A DNA stretch of 64,000 bases, taken from the NCBI GenBank assembly GCA_013265495.1, contig MU061579.1, positions 2,477,319 to 2,541,318 on the forward strand, read 5' to 3'. The DNA is from Vicugna vicugna (lineage: Eukaryota). Below the pieces are notes generated by a model. The model was not told the DNA's origin and made no database searches. It worked only from the letters and a program-made list of their open reading frames with translations. Made by a program: the position numbers and the translations under genes. Shown one piece after another: positions 12,659-24,609 of the stretch (its first letter is position 1; each line of letters starts with the position of its first letter).

Positions 12659-12902
12659 AAGAGTACTCAAGCCCTCATTAATAATTAAAGCAATTAGATT
12701 TAATTAGAAGGGTCTCTGACTACATGAAATCAGGATAAGATCAAATTAAACAATTTTGCTTTACATAGGGTCTTTTCTATATCCTCTCTTGACTCCCTGA
12801 AAATTGAGTTTCCCAAAACCCACTAACTATTTTCTCATTGAACTAGTGATATTCTGCACAACAAAATGTCTGACTTTTAAGGATTAAAAAAAATCTAAGA
12901 TA

Positions 12903-12948
12903 ATTTGACACAACATTGTAAAATGATTATAAATCAATAAAAAATGTT
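12903..12948 (+). mobile_element. Ultra-truncated young L1 tail (46 bp)
   Basis: atttgacacaacattgtaaaatgattataaatcaataaaaaatgtt between perfect repeats aaaaaaaatctaagata (12886-12902, 12949-12965). Confidence 0.9.
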
Positions 12949-13782
12949 AAAAAAAATCTAAGATATATTAATACATTTAGCCTAACTTAGATTTTTGGAG
13001 ACACTTTATTTTTTATTTTTTATTTTCTAAGATTCTGCAAGGATAAATCAGTTCAACTAGCACTAGGTAAATTTCTATCAGATCCTATGACTGGGTCCCA
13101 TTGCTCTATAGATCGAGAGCAGAGTATGTATTTTCAAAATTGCTTTTGTGCATCACGTTAGGAAAGCTTTGCATGTGTCTACTCCTCTCCTTTTATTCCA
13201 CCGTGTCTACATGTATGTGGGCATGCGTGTCTTGTGTGAAACACGAGAAGATTCTCATCTCCACCCCTCAGCTAATTTTGTAAGAGATAGGAGCAGTGAT
13301 AATAACAGAAGGAGTTATTTTTGGATTCAGACATTGCACCAAGCCAAATATTTCATGTAGTGCAGTACGTCCTCATGGAGCTGAAAAACCAGCTTTTGTG
13401 TTTCATGGAGTCCCTTAAACTGAAGCAAATTTAAACTAGGCTGCAAGGTCAGTAGAGAATATTTCTTTTTTATTTCCTTCTGTGTGGAAGTGGATTTCAA
13501 TTCACATAAAGAATTATCATGTGTGCCCTGTCAGAGCTTTCTTATATTCAGCGATTTAAGGGCTGATGGCATATTATAGAGAGAGGCAATACTAGGGGGC
13601 AATTGCAAAGTCCCTAACTTTGGAGTAAACTGAGTGGTAAGAAGATTTGAAGCTATGTTAGACAGATAGAGGAAGAGACAGGGAAAATGATGCCTTTGGG
13701 GGTGTAGAGGAGTTGAGTTGAAAATTCATTTGTCTGTTATTTTTGATTTAAAAAAAATTCTATTTCTACTTAATTACTGTAT

Positions 13783-14300
13783 TTTCATTTATTAATTCAT
13801 GTAAGAAATATATATTGTGTCCTATCATGTCTCAGACATCATGCTAGATGCAAGAGATTCCAGGGTGAACAAAACTAATGTGATACTCACTCTTGTAGAG
13901 TCTGCAGATATTCAGTGCAGATGTGTGGATGCATGTGTGTGTATCTGCAATGACAGAAGACGCGGGAGAAACACAAAGACAGAGGGTGACATAAAATAGT
14001 CAAAAAGAAATAAAAAACACCAACAGTAGAAGCAGGAAGTCACTTCTTGTGGAAGTGGTAGTTAATCTGAGATTGGAAAACTGAATAAGAATTGATCAGA
14101 TAAAGGTGCAAAGGGGAAAGCAAGGCAGTGGGGTGGGGTGGGTAGGGGTGAGTCAGGGAGGGGACAGGAGGGGAGGGGAGATGTAATGGGCTGAGATCTT
14201 GAAGCAAGAAGGGAATTGGCCCATTTGATGAACAAGTTAAGCTGAGGATCATTATGCCTGAACCATAGAACAGAGGGTAGTATGTTTGAGACAAGGGAGA
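13783..14300 (-). mobile_element. L2 fragment
   Basis: ttcatttattaattcat...tcctatcatgtctcagacatcatgctagatgcaagagattccagggtgaacaaaac is a reverse L2 3' end. Confidence 0.65.
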
Positions 14301-14689
14301 AGAGTTAACTATCAACACGACACACCATTGTTTTAAAATGGGGAGAGAGAAAGTATGTACATGGTCTAGCATGTACTCTGCTCTGTCTGGAGTATGCATC
14401 ATACAGAAACAGTACTCTGGTAAATTACTGGTTATAGTTTTATAAAAACTTTCCTGAAACTCCCAGGCATAATTTAGGACTTCTAACCCGGTATTATGTT
14501 GGTAATTAGGACCTATTTTCCTACGTTCACTGATTTGTTCAGCCAACTTGTCTAGAAACCAGTATGTTCCTGAGACTATGCTAGATGTTGAAATAAACGC
14601 ATAGGAGGTTACGTATAACGGTGTTCTTGCCGCCAGAAAGTTTATATGATTGAGGGCAAATGCTTATCTCACTGTTGTAATATTTTAAA

Positions 14690-15700
14690 ATAAGCTTTGC
14701 ATTTTATAATATTTCTAGATTTACAGAAAAATGGTAAAGACAGTACAGACAGTTTCTGTATGTCTCACACTCACTTCCCCCTATTATTACCATCTTACAT
14801 CAGTATAATACATTTGTCATGATTAATGAAACAATATTAATACATTGTTATTAGCTAAGGGCCATACTTTATTCAGATTTCCATAATTCTTATTTTATGT
14901 TCATTTTCTGTTTCAGGATCCCATCCAGAATATCAGGCTACATTTAGTCCTACCGTCTCCTTAGGCTCCTTTGTTTGTGAAAGTTTCTTAGGCATTTGTT
15001 GTTTCTGATGATCTCAACATTTTGAGGAGATCTGGTCAGGTATTTTGCAGAATGCCCATCCACTGGGATTTGACTAAGGTTTTGCTCGTGGTTAGATGGG
15101 AGTTATTGGTTTTGGGAGGAAGATCACAGAGGGTAAGTGTCATTCTCATCGCATCACATCTAAGGAACACTGTCAGCATGACGTCACTGGGATGTTGACT
15201 TTGAGATCCAGGCTGATGTAATGTTTGTCAGGTTTCTCTGCTGTAAAGTTAAGTCTTTTTTCTACACTGTCCTTTTTTCAAAGGAAGTGGCTTGAACAGC
15301 CTACACTCAAGTAATGAGTATTTATGCTTCACCTCCTTGGGGGAGGAGTTTCTGCATAAATTATTTTGAATTCGTCTGTATGAGGGATTTGTCTTCTCTA
15401 TTTATTTCCATATTTATATAATCATTTATTTATTTCACTGTGGATTCATGGATGTTTATTTTACACTTTGAGTTAGGACCCAATACTGCTTTAATTATTT
15501 TGTTGCTCAAATTGTTACATCTTAGTTCATTGGGAGTTCTTTTATTTGGTCCTTGATTCCTTTTGACTTACCCTCAAACCATTATCATTTTTCATCTCCC
15601 TCTGCCCCAAACACTTTCTAACTTTCCAGCACTGCACGATGTTTCAGGTTTATCTTGTGCATTTCGTGCCTCAGTAGTACAAATAGACATTTCTCCATGG
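14690..15700 (-). mobile_element. Old L1 (L1MC/MD-type) 3' region
   Basis: tagatttacagaaaaatggtaaagacagtacagacag; ctgtttcaggatcccatccagaatatc; aggaagatcacagagggtaagtgtcattctcatc. Confidence 0.75.
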
Positions 15701-15949
15701 ATAATTTCTGTTGTTGTTTTTACGTGTATGTTCTTCCATACTTTGAACTACTTGAGGATGCTGTTTGTTTGTTTGTTTGAATATTTATATTCCTTCAACT
15801 GAAATCACATTTATTCCCCTGTTAAGACAAATGAGATATTTTCTAAGAAATTAATTAATCATGCACATGTTCTGATGCAGAGGTTACTCCATATTTATGT
15901 TTTCTTCTGTTTTCTACTAATATTTCTTACTGATTCTTATTATTTAATA

Positions 15950-16130
15950 ACCACTGTGCTAAAAGGTTTTTATCAATTGTGTCATTAAACTCTCCCAACT
16001 CCTATTAATTTGGTGTTATTTTATTTACTCTTTACAGGTGAGGAAATTGAGGCACAAAGAGGTTGAGTAACTTAACCAAAGTCACACAACTAGAGAGAGA
16101 CCAGCAAGAAATTGAGTGATGGACTTAATC
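15950..16130 (-). mobile_element. MIR SINE
   Basis: ttttacaggtgaggaaattgaggcacaaagaggttgagtaacttaaccaaagtcacacaactag. Confidence 0.85.
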
Positions 16131-16175
16131 CAAAGGTCAAAGCAAGTCTGTCTTGATAAACAGCACTGATCTTTT

Positions 16176-16319
16176 AAAAAAATTTTTATTTTTTATTAAA
16201 GTGTAGTCGATTTACAATGTTAGTTTCAGGTATACAGCAAAGCAATTTGGTTATATATATATTTTTTTTCAGATTCTTTTCCATTACAGCTCATTATAAG
16301 AAATTGAACATATTTCACT
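16176..16319 (-). mobile_element. Short L1 3' end
   Basis: ttttttattaaagtgtagtcgatttacaatgttagtttcaggtatacagc; near-TSD agcactgatctttt / agcactggcttttt. Confidence 0.85.
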
Positions 16320-17401
16320 AGCACTGGCTTTTTAAGCTTAATTCTTCTAGTCTTTGCTACGTGTGGATCCTTATGGTACTCATGGCTGCTTCTTTATTCC
16401 AGCAACCTCCAAATCCTTCTATTTTAATTGTAGGGATTCACCCTACTTTTCTCCTCCCCCACCTTTGATAGCCGCTTCCATCTCAGTAATGTTCTTTTGA
16501 CTTTCAACTGACTTCCCTTATTGGGGATACAGCCCCCCTAGTTCTTCTTTACTCTGTTAACCCACACAATCATGCAAAGCTGGTTTTTTTTTTTTTGAAA
16601 AGCCCGCTTGTATACCTCACATGAGAAAACTATAGGTAAAAACAAAACTACCAGAGAGGTTTAAAAGTTCATAAAATACTGCTTCTTTACCTAGTGCTCC
16701 TGATTCCTTCACAGAGAGCAAGTTGAAGCCATAACTGGGCTTTGACGTCCAGTCTCCCTCCTCCGTCATCACTTTGGAGAAATCACATTGTTCTTCCCTC
16801 CCTTGATGATGATGCCACTTCTGAGATGAAGTCATCCTGAAGACCAGACACTGTTTCCAACCAGTGGCTAGAATCTCTCAGGTTACCAGACAAGCCAGCA
16901 CTTAATTCACTGGGTCTCTGCCCTGATTAGAAATGATTTCCTTGTAAATTTCCTCATCTTTCTCCTTTTGAGAAACACTTTTGTGTTCTTTTCTTTGTTT
17001 GTTTGTTTATTTGTTTTTTTCATTCATTCTTTCTTTCTCTCTTTCTTTCTCTTGAGAGGAGACATCTCTGTCTTCTCCTTCTCAGGAGAATTCTAAGAGC
17101 ATGGACACACTTTAAGACATTTTGGAGAAGTGAGAGGAAACATGGGGAAAAGTGATGTCCAGAGTTTTAAGGGGGCAAGGAAAAAGGAGAGACAGCACAG
17201 TGCCTTGGGCTTCTCTGTGGGAACAAGACAACCACAAAAACGTACGAAGAGACATAGTCAGCGGTGTCTGGTGGCTGGTTCTTTTTCCGAACTAGAGTCC
17301 CTTCACTTTCCAGCCGTAAGTCTAGCGATGGAAGGTGAGTTTAAGAAGAAACAAGGTAACTCACGTTTTATTTTTTAAACTTCAAACTTATTTCCCAAGG
17401 G

Positions 17402-17588
17402 CGTACACCGTTCCTGGAAGTACTGCAATACCAGGCCAGGGCGTGGAGCGGGCGGTGCAAACTCCTCTTCCAACTCTCTGCTCCAAAGATCCATTTCATA
17501 TATTGTCCTCAAGTAGAGGGTGTGTCAGATATTAAGCTGATAAGAACAGATACTATACTTGATCTTAGCCAGAAGGCTGAGAAGTGAT
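17402..17588 (-). pseudogene. RNU2: U2 snRNA pseudogene, full length
   Basis: Reverse strand reads atcacttctcagccttctggctaagatcaagtatagtatctgttcttatcagcttaatatctga...cctggtattgcagtacttccaggaacggtgtac; roughly 85% identical by eye to recalled U2; branch-pairing GTAGTA mutated to ATAGTA; no PSE visible upstream. Confidence 0.96.
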
Positions 17589-18436
17589 AAAGTTCTTACA
17601 TTTCTAATCAAACTCCATATTAAAAACTCCTACCTTTTCTTCTGGACTTCTGAAACCCTCTGCCTTCAACTGTGTGGGATTTCCTAGAGGAATTTAATTT
17701 CCCCTTTAGTTTTAGCTACTTAGGTTAAGCAATCAGACATCATTTTAATTTTGCCTTTTTTTCAGGCATCCTTCAAAATATCTTAACACTGCTGTCAATC
17801 TCTCTAATTTTCAGGGACCAGAAGTGCATGGGGCATGTCAACAATGCAGCATTTTTGAAATTTCCAGCTGGTAAAATAGATAATGGCAAAGCTTTTTATT
17901 GTATATATTTTTCCTTATGAAACCTATTCAGCTTTTAATTTTAATCTGAAGTTTTTCCTTATTTCACCCACGATTGGAATTTAATAAAAGACATTCTCCC
18001 AACCACATTCACGGAGCAAGGGATTGTTTTTGATTTATTGTATTATACACACCCTGAAGGGCCAAAAAGCTCAGGAAATGCATGTAACTAGACCAGTAAT
18101 CTTGAGTCTTATCAAAATCACCTGGCAAATCTACTGCCTGAAGAAACTTCATGGCCCTGATACCTCGAACTCAGTTGGTTGGAGAATGTACCGTGCTCCC
18201 TATGGGTTTTGGACTGGAATGTGCCTCTTAGTCCCAGACATATCTGAGTATCGATGAGAGCAGTCACATGTTTCTAACCATTTCTTAAGCTCTTTTCTAT
18301 TTTGGACATACCCATTCACTTGGTAACTATCAATTTAAAAGTAGCTGTTCACGTAAATTAAATCATTTACAAATAGTAACAAATAATAAAAACAAATTTG
18401 AGCTAGATTAAGCCATAAGAGAGAATTTGTTCTCAG

Positions 18437-19077
18437 TGAGACAGTAGGGAAGGGGGCAGGGCACAACCTTTAAAAGAATGACATAGCCCTTGAGGAGATG
18501 ACAAAAACTGGTTAGGACCTCCTAAGCCCAAGATTGTGGAAGGTTTGACTTCCAGTGGAACTTGAGCCTCATTGCATGCTCATTGTAATTCATTAGCATA
18601 TTAAATATTGGTGTATTGGCCATGACAATTCCCAGGCTGACTATCAAAGGCCAAAAAGGGGACAGGGGCCCAATTCCTGGAAAACCCTACCCCTACCCCC
18701 AAATAGTTGGAAATAATCCTCCCACTGGTTAGCATATGAAATCACGAAGTCTATGAAAACTAACCACCCCACACTCCACAGCCCAAGGCATCCTGCCTTT
18801 TGAGATGACCCTCATTCTGCCTATGGAATGTGTATTTCCTAAGCTGCTCTCACTTTTCCTAGATGACCGTATATCCTGGGGTCACTCTCCCTTCTAAGAC
18901 AGACCACTCTGTCTATGGAGTGCGTCTCTCTCTAAATAAACGCGTTTTCACTATAGTATGGTTCACTCTTGAATTCCTTACTCCACAAAGCCAAGGATCC
19001 TCCCTTGGCAAGGTGGCAAGGTGCATCCCAGAGACCTGGGACATGACCACTCTCTTGTGCCCCATTTTCATGCATCA
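18437..19077 (+). mobile_element. MER41-like ERV1 solo LTR
   Basis: TG...CA; MER41 hallmarks ccatgaca, aattcctggaaaa, aataatcctcccactggttagcatat, ctctgtctatggagt, aataaa; TSD not clean. Confidence 0.8.
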
Positions 19078-19379
19078 AAAAGACATAAGGGTGTGTGTGA
19101 GAGAGTGTGTGTGTGTATTTTTTTTTTTTTGAACTCATGGGAAACAATGCAGGTACTGCAACAGGAAATTAAGAGCCTTCCAGAATTCAAAATCTCTCTC
19201 TCTAACCCCAGCTGAGACTAGTATCTCCTGTTTTCAATTCTAAGTCCCAAAGAAAGGGACTCTGATGGACTCCGCTTGAATCATCAGCTTGCCCCAGTGC
19301 TTAAAGCTTCAGGTACAGATTTGACTTCTGGAGACCACACTGGTGAGTTTGTGTCTTTGTATATGTGTTGTAGATGTAT

Positions 19380-19838
19380 GGTACTGCCAGAATTAATTTG
19401 TAAAAGAGCACTGTTTAATTGTCTTGAAGGAAATTAAGTGCTTAATATGAATAGTCAGAAATATTAAAGAAACTGGCCAAAATTAATCTCAGGTCCACAG
19501 GATCTGGAAAATACTCAGTACTAAATCGATATCTGATATTGAAGCTAGCTTAAGCTTATTGGTTTGAGGAATATGAACATGTCCTTAGAGTCATCAGTGT
19601 TAAATATAATACTTCTGTTGTACCTAGGAAGGAAAGTAAAATTGAAGCTACTAAATAAATAAGGGAAACTTTTCAGGATGTCAGAAAGTAAAATGTTTTT
19701 CCAGTAAAAGAAGGTATGAGGAAGGGAATTGCATTTTGTTAAGGGAGAAGAAAGCAAATTTTGTCCTAAAGGAAATTAGGGACAAAATAATATAGATACA
19801 GAAAGTTGTAGAAGGTTCATGGAAGAAGAATCCTGAAG
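19380..19838 (+). mobile_element. Probable ERV1 (MER4-group) non-coding internal fragment
   Basis: A-rich motifs gaaagcaaattttgtcctaaagg and gaaagttgtagaaggttcatggaa recall MER4-group internal sequence. Confidence 0.4.
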
Positions 19839-19839
19839 C

Positions 19840-20965
19840 ATCACAGAGAAATCTCCCATCAACCACTTGCCTCCACACACGCTTAGCTTCCCCCATTATC
19901 AACATGCCCCAGCAAAGTGGTACATTTGTTACAACCGATGAACCTCCATTAGCATAGCATAACAATTCAAAGCCCATATTTTACCTTGGGGTTCGCTCTT
20001 GGTGTTGCACATTCTGTAGGTTTGCGTGAATGTCTAATGACACGTGATATCCCACAGTGTTTTCATGTCCAGAAAATGCTCTGTACTCTGCCTATTCATC
20101 CTCCCCCCACCCCCCAAAACCCCTAGGAACCATCGATTGTCTTCATAGCTTTGCCTTTTCCAGAATGTCATATAGAGGGAACCATACAGGATGCAGCCTT
20201 TTCAGATCGGCTTCTTTCACGTAGTAATATTTTCTTAAGGTTCTTCCATGTCTTTTCATGGCTTGATGGCTAGTTTCTTTTCAGCTCCGAATAATATTCC
20301 ATTATCTGGATGTACCGCCATTTGTCCATTCACCTACCGAAGGATATCTTGGTTGCTGCCAAGGCTTGGCATTTATAGACAAATTGTCTATAAACATGTG
20401 TGCCCAAGTGTTTTTTGTGTGTGTATGTAAGTTTTCAACTGCTCTGGGTAAATATCATGGAGCATGATTGCTGTGTTGTATGGTAAGAGTACATTTAGTA
20501 GTGTAACAAACTGCCAAATTTTCTTCCAAAGTGGGTGTACCATTTTGCATTTCCACTAACAATGACTGAGAATTTCTTTTGTCTCACATCCTCACCAGCA
20601 TTTGGTGTTATGATTGTTCTGGTTTCTGTCCATTCTAATAAGTGTGTAGTGGACTCTTGATATTTTAATTTGCATCTCCCTGATGATATATAATGTAGAA
20701 CATCTTTTCACATGTTTATTTGCCATGTGGATACCTTTTCTCATGAGGTATCTGTTAGGGTCTTTGCCCATTTTTTAATGAGGTTGTTTGTTTTCTTATT
20801 GTTGAGTTTTGAGAGTTCTTTGTGTATTTTGGATAACAGTTCTTTATAAGAGGTGTGTTTTGCAAATATCTTCTCCCAGTTTGCAGCTTGTCTTCTCTAT
20901 CTCTTGATATTGTATTTTCTAGAGTAGAATTTTTTACTTTTAATGAGTCCAGCTTCTCCATTTTC
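19840..20965 (-). mobile_element. Old L1 (L1MC1-like) 3' UTR and ORF2 end
   Basis: agtggtacatttgttacaaccgatgaacc; ttcgctcttggtgttgcacattctgtaggtttg; ttccaaagtgggtgtaccattttgcatttccac. Confidence 0.88.
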
Positions 20966-21835
20966 AGGAAACTTAAAAAAAAACAATCAGTTAAACACAT
21001 TGAAGTTGAATCATAGGTATGATGATGAAATAATTCAACTTTGTTTTTGGCAAAGCTATTCAGGCATTGATAGGAAAGTATGAACTAGTTTCTTAAAAGC
21101 TCACACTAGTTCTCTTATTTCAAAATTCACTTATATTCAAATATTTTCTAATTTCTTCTTTTGGAATATCCTTTGAAGCTTGCTCAAATCCTTTAAATTC
21201 AATGAGTTTTGGCACGTGGCCATTCTTCGTGAGTAGACTTGGTTTCTAGTAATTGTCGAAATTCATCTCATGTAAGTGTTAGGCACTTAAATTGGCAAAA
21301 TTATTTTAAGACAAAATGTGTTGTGTCTCTAAATTAACAAGATTGCTTCACTTTTGAGGCTTGTAATCTAGCTCTGAGAGCAAGTCACAGGAATGAATTT
21401 CAAAATGTTCATGGGAACTTCACTGGAATTATTAAATAAATATGATGACCACTTTGGAAAAAACAACACATATTTGGGTGTGAATACAAAATTCTAATAC
21501 ATCTGCTCAAATTTTTGACTCTCTGGTAGCCAAATCTCCTTTACTTAAAAAAAAAAAAAAAGTCTTAGCTTCTTACAAAAGAGGACTGTGAAATAGCTTC
21601 ACGCCTCTGCCCGCATGCTGATTCTAAGCGCATGAAAATAGGGCAATTGTCTTCCCCCTCTGAGTCCTATTGCATTTTTAAAGAAAAATTTTAGTTCAGG
21701 TTATGCCTTGTTACAAATTCTTTTTCTGCAACTCTCCAAAAGACATACCACATTGTGTCCTTGATATCAGATTTATGGAGAAAGTTCATTGGGCATACCT
21801 GAGCTTTTCTATGAATCTTGGCATATAAAATTAGA

Positions 21836-22334
21836 GGATGACACAGCAGTTAACACCAAAATGGTGGAAGAGTCAACTCCCAGTAGGCCTTGAGGCTCAA
21901 GGTGGCGGGCGATTTGACTTCAGTAGACCTTGAGCTTCATTATATGCTCACTGTACTCTATTAGCATCATTAATAACATGCCCACAGTCACCATGACAGT
22001 TCCAAGGCTGACCATAAAAGGTCAAAGAGTGGGCAGTGGCCCAATTCCTGGGAATCCCAGCCCCTTCCCCAGGGTAGTTGGAGTAGCCCTCCCACTTATT
22101 AGCATATGAAGCTACTGAGCCCATAAAAACTAGCAACACCGCACCTCGTGGCTGCCTCTCTAGCTCTCTCCTCTTCAGAGACAGCCCGCACTCTGTCTAT
22201 GGAGTGTGTGCCTACTTTTACTTTAACCTGAGCACCCAACCCCCACATCTTGTGGCCTTTCTCTTGCCTTCTGAAACAGTCTACACTCTATGTAGTATGT
22301 ATCACTCTAAATAAACCTACTTTACTAAAAAAAA
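21836..22334 (+). mobile_element. MER41-like LTR transcript copy (partial U3-R plus poly(A)) inserted by L1-type retroposition
   Basis: Homologous to 18437-19077 but lacks U5; poly(A) starts 11 nt after AATAAA (22310-22315); 9-bp TSD aaaattaga (21827-21835, 22335-22343). Confidence 0.85.
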
Positions 22335-23534
22335 AAAATTAGAATAGATTCATAGAGTGTAGGACTGGAATTAGTTGAAGTGAGTGGGACATGTACTGCA
22401 GGCACAAAGTTTGTGAGGCCCCAAACACTTAGTAACCAAGGCAAGTAATATTATAAAGCAAATTATTAAGCAAATCAAAATTAATGTAAAAGTTCATAAT
22501 GTACAAAATATTAAATGTTTAAATAAAACAGAGTTTCTGTGTTTGTTTTGCCACCTTGCATTATCGTGCAGGAAAACAATATCAGCTTGAAGCTCCTGGG
22601 CTGGGTTGATGTCATGTCCCCACTGGGATGGTTTATGAGAGTCGACAACAGTGTGGGAACAGATTGGATAGTGCAGACTGTAATAGATCATCATATTGCT
22701 TGATTATAGAACTTTCATTAACTCTTGCCAACTGGTTCTCAACATGAAAGACTGCTTTGTAAGTGTGTGTAGGGGAGCAGGTTTTCTTCGGATTATAATT
22801 TTTTTTCACAGCTGCCTTTGCCTTTTGCTACCAAGCAGTGATAGGCAGTCACTTTTTTTAACTCCCCAGAGGTATGTGCATGAGATTCACCACCACCCTG
22901 TGTCATATTGAATAATGGAGAGTCAGACAGTACTGTTGGGAGAAATCAACCTGAATGCCTGTTTAGACAAAACGGTTATTATTTTTTTAGATTGCTATAT
23001 TGTTTCAGAATAATGTAAAAGTACATAGAAGGCAGAAATAATGTGAAGGCATAAACATCAAGAGATAAATACTGTGGATATCATTGTACTAAAGAGGAAA
23101 TTCTGCTTATTCTTCAATATTTAAATGTTTGCTGTTTATTCAGCATATGACCTGATTTAAATTATTTGCAATTCAAGTATTTGTTTCTACTGTGGATCTT
23201 GTTTTGGCTGTTTAGTATAAAATGGGTCTCCTTGTTATTTCTTGTATACTGTATACAACCTAGATTAGCATAATCACTGTGATTAACATTAATTGAGGAG
23301 TAGAAATGAAAATGGTTGCTGAAAACAGTTTGACTGATATGTACAATTGTAAAATTTTGCATTACATGAATACTCAAATTGCAACATTTGACTTCGGTTC
23401 TAAAATTTCTGAAGCCTTAGTGAGAGAATAGAATTTTGGTCATAGATGAATATATAAATGTATGCTTGACAAAAATGCAGGTGTGATCTCTATGGAAATA
23501 TGCACTGCCATCCCAACGTATTACTGGGAGGCAC

Positions 23535-23745
23535 CGTGATATGATAGAAGTATAGACTCTCTCTTTACGCTAAGACACGAGTCAATCCTTGCTTTAATTA
23601 TTAGCTGTGTAACTGTGAGTCAGTTAGTGACTGTCTCTAGGGCTCAGTTTTCTTACCAGTAAAATGGGAGTAATTAGTCTAACTTACTAGGTGATTTTAA
23701 GTCTTAAAACTCTATATGCAAGTTTTTTGGCATGTTAGGCAAATG
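23535..23745 (+). mobile_element. MIR SINE
   Basis: tattagctgtgtaactgtgagtcagttagtgactgtctctagggctcagttttcttaccagtaaaatggga. Confidence 0.75.
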
Positions 23746-24207
23746 GTAAATGTTTTCTAATATTATCTATGCTTTATTACATCTATTGATTTTCTTTTCT
23801 GTTTCATTGCTTCATGTCACATTTCTTATTCACACTTTTGCATTTTATTCCACATTATTTCCACTAATAGCTTTCACTGTTTGTAATGTTACCGACTCTC
23901 GTAAATTTACTTTCCTTTTCATTTTTGTAGAGAGGTTCTGAAAGTTTCTACAGGTTTTCTTTTTCTTGTTTCTGTGCCTATTGTCCCATTTCTAATCTAA
24001 AATTATTGCAATAAGAGCCAGGTTTTCCTTTGAAAGTGTTAAGTTATAGTGCGTGTTCAATAAAAGGTGGTCTCCTGTTGTTTATTTCAAACAAATTTAA
24101 ATTGGATAAGTCTACTAAAAATACAAAGGATATCTGCATCTACAACATCAATTTGGGAAAGATAACCAGTGGAGTTTATTATTAACTGCTAAAAATTATA
24201 AATGTAA

Positions 24208-24269
24208 ACATACATGCATGTGTGTGTATACACACACACACACATATATGTGTGTGTGTATATATATAT
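24208..24269. repeat. Compound (TG)/(CA)/(TA) microsatellite
   Basis: 62 bp of strictly alternating purine-pyrimidine sequence. Confidence 0.9.
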
Positions 24270-24609
24270 TTCAAAAGCTTAAAAATAAAAATTGGAAAGT
24301 AAAGGAAAAATATCTGTTGGTTTGATTTTCCTGATAATCAGATATTATCTGTGATAGATACCAATAAAGACAGAGAAAAAAGTTGTCAGATTACTTATCA
24401 CACAGGAAATTGTGACTCTAGAAAAGATAATTCTTTCTGTTATCACTCACAAGGAAAAATTAGCTGGGCTTACAAACATTTCCTCCTTACTTTTGTCTGC
24501 CAAGTCACCAGGAACACATTCAATTGCAAATAACATTTAAAAATATATATAAATATCACTAAAAATATTTTTTTCTTGTATACAACAACTAGTTTGAAGA
24601 TGAAAAGTT

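Noticed and set aside
14040..14546. Longest ORF in the track (168 aa, minus)
   Set aside because: It starts at a non-ATG codon, overlaps an L2 fragment and a purine-rich low-complexity tract that produces the Pro/Leu run, and has no recognisable domain.
17402..17588. Functional U2 snRNA gene
   Set aside because: Many substitutions, including the branch-site pairing motif, and no upstream PSE.
18437..22334. The two MER41-like elements as paired LTRs of one provirus
   Set aside because: They are clearly diverged, the second has its own poly(A) and TSD, and the interval holds older L1 and unrelated DNA with no PBS or gag/pol.
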